Below are positions 54,030 to 64,000 of a stretch of DNA of 64,000 bases, piece after piece. The position numbers and the translations under genes were made by a program. The stretch is from Eledone cirrhosa. Lineage: Eukaryota. Numbering within the stretch: position 1 is the stretch's first letter; the number at the start of each line of letters is the position of its first letter. The DNA lies in the NCBI GenBank assembly GCA_964016885.1, contig OZ024740.1, positions 397,358,001-397,422,000 on the forward strand. The letters are read 5' to 3'. The notes below the pieces were generated by a model. The model had not been told where the DNA came from. It ran no database searches and saw only the letters and a list, made by a program, of their open reading frames with translations.

Positions 54030-55550
54030 TTAGTTCCCCCAGTGTTGGTCTATCCTTTCACCTATGCTACAAGCTGTCTCGCCTATGTATGTTGTTGTCA
54101 TGTTTCTGCAAGTACCCTCTGTACATCTTATGCTATAGACTACGTTTCTAGTTTTACAGTTTATCCGGGGGTTTACCTTACATATGATACATTTCCTATT
54201 AGTACAGTGGGTTTTCTTAAAAGGGTAGGTTTTGCTGATCAGGGATTTTATGGTGGTTCCTGGCTTTTCTACCACCTTAATCTTTAAATGGGTCTTTCTC
54301 AGGGCCTTTCTACACTGGTTAGCTAATTTCCCTCCAGGGGTAGCGTCCACAAACATGACACTCTGGTATCTCTGATTGTCGTACCATGAGGTGGCTTTCC
54401 CTATCTTATGTCTAGCCCTATCTAAGCTATTCCATGATTTGCTCCTGTATAATGGGCAAATTCCTTTCATGTCCAGTTCTATGAGGGTCTTATACTTCTC
54501 CATGGCTCCTTCGTATACTCTGACTCTGTCTCTTTGGTTGTAGCCAGAGAACTGCATGCGGTTGATGAAGTGTTGGATGTGTCTTTCCATTTCTGTTGGG
54601 TCGTACATGCAGGACACATTCTTCATCACTCGTACCAAATCTGCGATCAGAATATTAAACTTAGCACTACTGGACATTGCTGAGTTTTTGAGTATCAGGT
54701 ATTTGGAGGCCATGGGTTTAGCATAGTGTGAGTGGAGAATTTGGGCTCTCTCGTCTATAGTGTTAATCCAGAGTTCCGTGTCTAATACAGGTAGTCTATT
54801 GTTAGGGTGTTTGGAAGGGTAGTCGATAGTTACAGTTATACTCTGGTGTATGGAATTAGCTATCTGCTGGATGCTTTCCATTGTGCTATGTTCTAAATAA
54901 AACTTGTTAGTGCTCTCTAGTGGGGATGTTCTTATAACTATATTGATATCGTCTACATAACGAGAGTACATGATGAGGTCTATGGAGCTCTCATTAAGGA
55001 GATCTTTAAATCTCCTTTCCCACCATACCATAAAAAGGTTGGCAACATCACCAGCTATGCTGACGCCAATGGCTGCTCCCTCATTTTGGGTGTAGGTCTT
55101 CTCGTTGAACTTGAATATGTGGCTCTTTAGGGTAGTTTTGATACTAGCCCCTATTGCATGTGCGACCATTTTTCTTACCTGATCATTGTTTTGGGGGGTC
55201 CGTATAGCTTTCGTCCACCCAATCCACCTTCCCATGGGAGTCTTTTTTGCCATTGAGGTTATGGTGGGGGGTCTACCTGTTATGGGTCTACTAGGGCAGA
55301 AACGTCTAAGGTCATGGCTGTCTAGGTAGTTAGTGTCGTAGGTAAGTCTAAGTAGGAGGCCCAGTTCATCTGTGTCGACGTCGCAGAACTCCACCTCACT
55401 CTCAATGATCATCTCCACACATTTTTCCACAGCAAAATCAATGTTAATGGATGGGTACAGTGATACCACATCCATGCTGCCTATTATGCAGTTGGATAGG
55501 TTCCTGTTTTTGTTGCACTCACTGATTCTGCTGAGGAGGTCCTCTGTACT
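54030..55550 (-). pseudogene. 5'-truncated PLE RT + GIY-YIG endonuclease
   Basis: STEDLL...SMDVVSLYPSI, GAAIG..IAGDVANLFM, YSRYVDD, LPVLD, Cys linker, NVVYSIRC...YIGET. A 1-bp G-run deletion near 54035 truncates it; the intact C-terminus is seen at 55778-56077. Confidence 0.9.
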
Positions 55551-56314
55551 GTGTAGAAAACCAGTGTAGAAAGGCCCTGAGAAAGACCCACTTAAAGATT
55601 AAGGTGGTAGAAAAGCCAGGAACCACCATAAAATCCCTGATCAGCAAAACCTACCCTTTTAAGAAAACCCACTGTACTAATAGGAAATGTATCATATGTA
55701 AGGTAAACCCCCGGATAAACTGAAAAACTAGAAACGTAGTCTATAGCATAAGATGTACAGAGGGTACTTGCAGAAACATGACAACAACATACATAGGCGA
55801 GACAGCTCGTAGCATAGGTGAAAGGATAGACCAACACTGGGGGGAGCTAAAAGGACGAAAAAACGGGTCAGTACTATACGAACATGCCAGACAACAACAC
55901 GACGGTAACATAGACAACATAGAAATTAGAATAATATCTAAACATAGAAATGACCCAGCAGATAAGCAAATCAGAGAGGCCAGTGAAATAGAACTTAGAA
56001 GGCCAAGACTAAACAGAAAGAATGAATGGAATAACAACAACACCCAAACAAATAACACTGACCTAAGAGAAGTATAAATAAATAAATAAATAGATAAATA
56101 AATAAATAAATACATACACAAGCACAATAACAACAAACACATATAAACACACACTAGTAAAGATAGAATACATTAACCAATACACAGTCACCCAATCACG
56201 AACACACACGCAAACGCATGCGCAAAGAAGACAAAATAAAATAAATAAATAAATATATAAACAGACTAAATAAAGATGGCGTAGACATACAATATAACAG
56301 GAGGAAACAATAGC

Positions 56315-56356
56315 ACCACTGACGATGTTGCAGATGTGCAACGAAAGAACTTTGAT
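56315..56356 (+). ncRNA. Minimal hammerhead, family A-related subfamily
   Basis: ACCA-CTGACGA-TGTTGCAGATGTGCAAC-GAAA-GAAC-TT-TGAT. Weak stem I; stem II covaries with family A. Confidence 0.65.
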
Positions 56357-57749
56357 AAACTATATATATGTGTTTGTGTCTATATTGTATCTGTATTATT
56401 TTTGACCATTGGTCAGTCAATGGCAACATTGAGGACCGAATAAATTAGATTACCGATATAAAAGACACAGAAGCGAAAAGCGAAAAGCGAAAACCAACCA
56501 AACAGTGAGTGTGTTCTGTTATTAATTCTGGCAATATTACACAAATATGACCCTCCCCAAGTATAACAATATTTGTTTCGACACACAATTTCATATAAAA
56601 AACCTTGCAAAACTATATATATATATATATATATATATACAGATAGATATAGATATAGAAATATGTACCTTAGTAGCTGGAAAAGTGGATGTTAAAATGT
56701 TAATGATGACAATGATGATGATGTATATATATATAGAAACGTATTGTATAGAATGGTGAACTCAAAACAAAAACAGAATGTCTTGAACATAACACAAGAA
56801 AAATACTGAATCCATATGAGCATGATGTGGTCTCCACACCTGACTTGTCACATAATGTGACAACTCATATGACCCATGCAAGCATGGAAAAATAAGCATT
56901 ACATGATGATGATGATGATGATGATACATATAAATATATATACTTACATATATGTTTATTGCATATAAACATATAGTACATGCTTTCATATACACCCCTA
57001 ATATCATCATCATCATTATCACTGTTTTACGTCAATGTCTCCACGCTAGCATGGGTTAGATTGGTTGTCCTGTTGTGGGCAATGCCAGGTCAGGTGACCA
57101 TGTCTTGCTCATACAGGAACTGATTTGGGCTTGATTTCTACAGCTGGATGCCCTTCCTAACACCATCCTCATTTACAGTGAGTACTGGGTGCTTTTTTGT
57201 TGCGAGACCTCCACGACCTCTTTGTACTGGGAGCATATTGTCTATATGCTTCAGCTTCGGCTTGTACCCATGGGGGGGGGGGTCTTCTGTATTACTGCAT
57301 GACATGTATGGAAATCGACTAGAGTCTATGTAGATGAGGAAGGAACGTAGTGAGTGAAGAGAAGCTGTGCTGAGAAGAACCCATCCACTCATGGAAGTTG
57401 AAGTATAATTTATAATTTTAAAACTGATGATAGGAAACAAAATATATATTCATATTTTTGTGTTTCTTTATGCCTTTTATTAAAATGACGTTTTACTGAA
57501 TGACATGTCATTCATTACTTTTAAAAACAAATAAGAAATAAACATCTATTAAGAACATTTGTTAAATGATGTTTTCACAGAAATAATAATCATAGACTCT
57601 TTTGATGAATATGATGGTGTATTTGCTTTTTAATTAACAAAGATAGAATATCATATCATGGAATTGAGATATAATAGAAATGGCATTTAATCAATACCGC
57701 AAAAATGGAGAAGAGTTCAACAAGCCTGAGACATTATGTTGCTATGAGT

Positions 57750-58230
57750 TGTAGATGATGATGACAATAATTATGTTGATGATGTCCATGGAGATGATGA
57801 TGATTGCATTGATAATGACACCAATGGTGATGTTGCCAAGTATAATAATGGTTGTGGTAGTGGTGATGGTGGTGGTGGTGGTGGTGGTGGTATTGACAGC
57901 AGCGGTAGCAAAGTGTTAATTATAATCATGATGATATTAAGGGTAATGATGTTGGTGGTGGTGGTGGTGGTGGTTGCTGAAGCAGTGGTGGTGGTAATAA
58001 TGGCAACAAGCGCATAAGGGGTTAATTATAATGATGATTATATTAATGGCAATGATGATGATGGTGATGATGATGAAGACTACGCCAACAATGAAGATGA
58101 TAATGGCAATGGGGAGGATGACGTTGCTGATGATGATGAGTGGGTAATAATTGTGATAACAATGACAAGGATTATGATAATCATAATGTTGATGATGATG
58201 ATTATCCTGATAATGATGATGATGTGTAAT
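57750..58230. repeat. Degenerate (GAT/GGT/AAT)n low-complexity tract
   Basis: Mixed trinucleotide runs; a similar tract lies at 63445-63590. Confidence 0.85.
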
Positions 58231-58344
58231 TTATCTTCTTTTTTTTTTTGTTTCAGACACAGTGTATCTAGGACATCTTTATCCAATGTATCCTTCACTT
58301 TTGTAACTTAGTTAAGGAAGATTTTTCTGCTATTTCTAGTACGT

Positions 58345-60420
58345 CATGAGAGCACGTAGAAACTTCCCATTATGTGAGAGCTCCAGAAGTTCCAAAGTGT
58401 TTCTCCAAAGTGTTTCCAAAGTGTTTCTCTCACACAGGATTCCATCAGTTTGGCAATGCAGCTAGTAAGACTGACTGGACAATAGTTGACAGGTGACGTG
58501 CGGTCGCCCTTTTTGAACGGAGGAATGACACTGGCAGTTTTCCACTGCTCCGGAGTAGCACCATTGTTGAAACAGTATTGAAAGAAGAAAGAAAGCTGGT
58601 GCAAAAGGAAGTACCCGCCACATTTGAGAAGCAGGTATGTAACACCATCAAGACCAGGGAGGCATAGTTGCGTTTATTCTTAAGGTGACGTTGCAACAGT
58701 GCAGGTGTAAATTCCATAGTTGTTATAGAATTTGAAGTTAGAGATGGTGGAGATGGTACATTCAGGTTTTCAACAGTAAAAAGGCTTGCATAGCACTCAG
58801 CAATGAGTTCTGCGCATTCTTTGGGATCGTCAGTGACCTGGCTTGTGTGGGGATTGCGAAGAGGACCAACTTGAGAGTGAGGTCTCTGCTTTGAATGGAT
58901 ATATTTCCAGAACACCTTACTGTCAAGATTGGTTGCTATGCACTGTTCAAATTCAAGCACTACCTTTTTTGTCACTTGCTTCAGATGGTTGGAAGATTTA
59001 TTCCGCTTTTTTCTGTTGGCATCTGATTTATGCAGTTTATATTCTCGTTCAGCGTTGCGACATTCTTTCCTGGCAAGTTGGACCGCTGAAGTTTCCCAAA
59101 TTGCACTTTTGGGGTGGGTTTTTTTCTGCTTACATGGCACCGATGCTGCACACACTATCCATATTGAGTCCAGGATGCTCTGGAATATAGTGTTCACATC
59201 TCCAGAGTTATAGAACTCATGCCAGTTTGGGCGCTGTAGCTCAGTGCAGTACAAGTTCCAATCTGCTTTCTTCCAATCAAAGTAAGCAGATTGGAGATGG
59301 TTCTGGTTTTTGTTGCTACCCGCAAGAGCCAGATTGGCAATGATCATAGCATGATCAGAGTCGCCTAGAGGTTCCTCAGTAGTACAACTGATAACCACTT
59401 CAGGAATAGTGGTGAAGATCAGGTCCAAAGTGTTGTCACCTCTTGTTGGAGAGGTGACTACTTGTGACCAGTTTGAGTCCAGCACTAGCTCAAGGAAATC
59501 GTTTACACTTTGTTGCCAACGAAAGGTTTCCCAATCGATCTCAGGATTATTGAAGTCACCTGCAATAAACACATAAGTGGCTGTTTTCCTGGCAGCAGCT
59601 CTGAGGATATCGCAAAGCTGTGTGTCCTGATGGTAGTTTGGGGGGCAATAAACAACACCAAGCAGAAGTGTCAACATGGTCATACGTATGTCACAAAAAA
59701 AAACTTCTTCTTGTGATTCGTGCAAATCAACGCAAGGAATTACCGAAAAGTTTGAACGAACGTAGACCATCACACCACCACCACGGCAATTAATGCGGTC
59801 CTTGCAGAAAAGGTTATACCCAGTAATGCTGAAAACCCCATCACAGAGTAAGGAATGTGCCCATGTTTCCGTGACTGTGATGAAGTCAGGGTCGATGCTT
59901 CTGACATAGGAGTTAAACAGATGTATCTTGTTGCATAAACTGTGAGCATTTAAGGACAACGATTTGTACCCTGCTCGCAGTTTATGATGGTGTGTAGAGG
60001 GTGGCAGGTTGTTCTGGTTTAGTTTCCCAGAGTTATTGCAGTTTTTTCATTGCCAGTTATTGTGGGTAGAGCACACTCAGACCAGCTGGTATCTCTCTTC
60101 CACGTTTCACCAGCCTTAACAAACCTCCAGATCTGCCCATCATCACACAGACTAAAACTTTCATGTTGTACTGAGTTCCGATTCAAGGAAGCTGCAGCAC
60201 GTAGCTTTGGACGTACATTGGGTGGTAGGCCTGGCCGTGTTTGGAAGGTAACCCGATTTTCCCGCCCAGCTTTAACAGAGGCCAGATGATATGAAATTGC
60301 CTCAGCAGGGTCCGAAAAAAACAGCCCATTGAGTCTGGGTTTTGGACCAGGTCGACCAAGGCGGAGAGCACCCTTTGGGGGAACACAGCCTAGGTCTTTG
60401 GCTGAGCTAGCAGCAAATGC
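58345..60420 (-). mobile_element. CR1/L2-like LINE: ORF1 remnant plus ORF2 AP-endonuclease and start of RT, 3'-truncated
   Basis: ORF 58445-59959: SLNAHSL, ITVTETW, RGGGV, AGDFN, PTRGDNTLDLIF, GDSDH, KVFWKYI. Shifted frame: WKTASVIP.FKKGDR...NY.PVSLTS..AKLME. Confidence 0.85.
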
Positions 60421-62394
60421 CTGAAGATCAGCCTTTTCTATGCTAGAGTGGATGTAACTCTTTTAGAAGTAGTATTCTACAGCCAGATACTTTTTTCTGA
60501 TGTTTGTTTATGCAGGGCTCAAAGATCACCAGTAGTGGTATAAAATGGGAAAACACAGAGACAAACACACACACACACATGCACGCACGCACGCAGACAC
60601 ACACACACACACACATTGCATAAAACAGATTTCCTGCTGTTTCCATTTACCAAATTCCCTCACAAAGCATTGATCAGCTCTTGGGATAGAGCCCCACATC
60701 ATATAGCTGCCAAGCAATCTTAACCAGACAGCCATGCCTGTTAAATTAATGTTTTTGATTTGAAAAGTATTAAGTTAATGGGAGGGGGGGGGGGGGTGAC
60801 AGAAATGAAGGAGGAATTATCTAATCAACTATTTAATGCAAGGTCTGGGTATAGGCAATACACATCTATCTCAGCTGCATACGTTATATAAATAGTTAAA
60901 ATGTTGACCATATCTGGTATTTTGAATTCTTGGGTGATCACCAAGTGTTTTTATGGGCTACTTTTTATTAATATAGGGCATCTTGAATGCTGAGGTAGAA
61001 AAACAAAGATATGAACAAACAAATTTACCTTTTATTTTAACCTAGCAAGAGTATTTTACATTATACAATATTCTATAGATTGAGATCTTTCTTTGGCATT
61101 TATGAGAGAATCAGGATACAGTTGACATTACATGTTTTTATGCAGATTTTAAGATTGAGATAAATATTTAATAACACTCTACTATAAAGCTCCACTTCAC
61201 AATTATTTTCAGTCTTTAGAAATTTAAGATCTGATATTCCTTAAATTTCATATGTTCAAACAAAATACATTCAGTTCAACAGTTGTGTAATAAATCTGAA
61301 GATCAGAAGATAAGTGAAACCAAACATTCTGAATATGAACAAATTTAAGGCAAAGTTTTTCTATCAACTGAAGTCTATTCTGAAATATGTCATCAAGGGA
61401 TCAAGGCAACTACCATCTTCTGTAGGAAGAGCTGGCAGAAAATCAATATTATATTGATAGCCCAACCATTGTGCACGATATATTGTATTGTTATTTCAGA
61501 AAATCCTACCAGAATTCAACTGTCAAGCTTCATTTACTAGTGTTGCTAATAGCATGAACAGCTAAAGTTTGCTAGGTATTATATTGTTAGTTACATAATC
61601 TAATTTGTATTGGGTGTTAGGATGGAACCAATGCCAGCATTGTGTGTAGAGAAAATTATGAAACTATTGTATCTGTTGGGTGATAAAGAATTGTTTTAGT
61701 TTACAAAAGGCAAATGATGCAAATATTGGAAATGTAATGCTACATTGCCAGAAAACCTAGGAAGTAAAGTGAGAAGAGCTGCGTATACTGAAGAGTAAGA
61801 AAGTATTTTCTACTGGGTGTGTAGAGTTGAAATTAGTGGAAGTATATTAAGATACTAGTGAACACTAGAAGATGACTGATAAATGATAGAACATGACAAA
61901 GACTTAAATGTCTATATTTAAATTATATTGTAATTGGTGTTTGTACATAGAAGGTGATGCATGTAAACAAAATATTGAAAATATGGTGTGGACTTTGCTC
62001 TCCTAAAATGTGATAACATTTTACGGTGTAACAGACAAAATTTTGTAATAGACTAACATTGACTTTTATAGCAAAATAACACTGAGTCTTCTGTACAGCA
62101 AATAATAAATAGATAGATAATATGGGGGATTGGCAGAATTAGTGGAGCATTGGATAAAATGCTATTGTGGTAATAGTTCTGGCTCTTTACAATCTGAGTT
62201 CAAATCCCACCGAGATCAACTTTGCTGATCTTCGAAGGTTGATAAAATAAGTACCAGTCAAGTACCAAAATTGATTTAATCCACCTTGCCCTTCACCCAA
62301 TTTTGCTGGTTTTATGCCTAAAGTAATAATCGATCAGTAATAACATATAATGCCAATAATAATGATTTGGGGTGGAAACATTATCTAAGATAAT

Positions 62395-62574
62395 TGTTTC
62401 TACTATTGGCACAAGGCCAGCAATTATCCCAGTACATTACTGGTACTTTATTTTATCTACCCCGTAAGGATGAAAGGCAAAGTTAACCTCGGTGGGATTT
62501 GAACTCAGAATGGCAAGGGCCGTAACTCTATGCATCAAAGCATGGCGTCCGACCCTCTGCCAAGTCACCGCCCT
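62395..62574 (-). mobile_element. Full-length SINE with 16-bp TSD
   Basis: Same family as 4350-4534. TSD CATTATCTAAGATAAT at 62379-62394 and 62575-62590. Confidence 0.85.
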
Positions 62575-63013
62575 CATTATCTAAGATAATATTCCCATAT
62601 TGGTAAGGTTTATTTACATTGATTGAAAAAAAACAACTTGGGGTGATGAATGCTCAATGTTAACTAACAAGAAATGACAAGTACAAAGGAGATGAGAAAA
62701 TAACTGCACATCAAAGGAATTAGTTTGATGAATACAGGTGAGAAAGCTATATTGATTTGGACAGTCAATGGCTGAAGCATGCTGGGTAAAAAAAGAAGCC
62801 ATGAGTTAATAAAGGAAGGTATCCATGGAGAAGAGTAGCCAGTTTGAGATAAAGTTTTTAGAACAGACCTGAGAACATTGTGCTTTATAGAAGAGGTGAC
62901 TGGGACTAGATCAATGTTTCTCCAAAAGGGGCTGCAGCAACCTCTTAGAGGAAATATAGATTTCAAAAAAGTTGAAGGATTGTGATGGTGGTGGTGGTGG
63001 TGGAAATAATAAT

Positions 63014-63200
63014 TGTTTCTACTTTTGGCACAAAGCCAGCAATTACCCAGTATATTACTGGTACTTTATTTTATCGACCCCCGTAAGGATGAAAGGCAAA
63101 GTTAACCTCAGCGGGATTTGAACTCAGACTGTAAAGGGACATAACTATGCTAGAAAGCATGGCATCCAACCCTCTACCGATACTGCCAATTCACCGCCCT
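63014..63200 (-). mobile_element. Full-length SINE with 14-bp TSD
   Basis: Same family. TSD GTGGAAATAATAAT at 63000-63013 and 63201-63214. Confidence 0.85.
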
Positions 63201-64000
63201 GTGGAAATAATAATGAAAATTATTATTTCCACCGGTGGTGGAAATAATAATGAAAAAGTATTACACTTTTGTAATGAAAAGTTTAATAAATATAATATGG
63301 TGGTGATGTGGTACTAATGATTTTGCAAGATCAAAAAAGGCTATTTGAGCAAAAACAGCCGAGAACAACAGAACTAGATGAAGGGAGTGATGCTGTATTG
63401 TGGACTTTCAAAACCATTGTAAAATTGATATAGAAGTAATAAAAAATAATATTGATGATGGTAATGATAACTATGATGATGACACTGATAATAACAGCAA
63501 TGATGATGATGACAGGCACAATGTTGATGATAATGACAATAACAATAATTCCGATGATGATGAGGAGGATGATGATGGTGATAATGATATTGTTTAATGT
63601 TATGGTCTAACAGAAAATATTTCCATTCAAAGTGGTGGAAGCATACACATAAAACAGCTTTGAAGGAAGCTATAAAAACATCAAATGATAAATCTGGTTG
63701 ATAAAATATTCTACAACAATAAAGAAAACTTATAAGAAAGCAATTTTTTTTTTAATATTCAAAATTCAACAAGAAACAATTTAAAAATACCAGATATGAA
63801 ATTTGAAAACCTGCATTTACCTGTTTTCAAAAGGTTCCTTTAAACATAAAGTTAATATTTCATCACATTTTAGAATATTAGATGCCCAGACAGTGTTCAA
63901 TTATATTATTATATTACTTTCAAAAACGTAATTATTTTTTTTTTAAATTTCAATTTTTTTTTTAGGATGAATATATATATATATGTGTGTGTGTGTATGT

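Larger units (their letters stand above)
53313..56613. mobile_element. Head-to-head inverted Penelope-like element (two 5'-truncated arms plus tail) in (TA)n
   Basis: Minus arm 53313-55550, plus arm about 55559-56570, tail to 56613. HHR motifs at 53525-53566 (-) and 56315-56356 (+). Confidence 0.9.

Noticed and set aside
63400-63597. Asp/Asn-rich ORF
   Set aside because: Product of degenerate GAT/AAT repeats, with no splice or codon evidence.

Overview
AT-rich, repeat-dense metazoan DNA. The SINE and LINE repertoire and the (TA)n/(TG)n load look like an octopod cephalopod genome (inference). Protein-coding host content is minimal: one plausible minus-strand exon at 15836-16191 and a weak candidate near 49.8-50.1 kb. 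The rest is a decayed pogo/Tigger transposon, tRNA-derived SINEs with TSDs, several RTE LINE families, a CR1/L2-like LINE, and Penelope-like elements (PLEs): a near-complete copy at 22.5-31.7 kb and a head-to-head inverted copy at 53.3-56.6 kb. The main signal lies between about 11.4 and 56.6 kb. There I read about 24 type-I hammerhead ribozyme (HHR) motifs from about 11 unrelated sequence families. Most sit in small non-coding elements inserted into (TA)n microsatellites, and they share one architecture: an inverted arm, a variable fold-back junction, a sense arm and a short unpaired tail. Several also carry head-to-tail units of 298-594 bp, as expected from multimeric or circular RNA templates. 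All ribozyme calls are by-eye structural readings; activity is untested.
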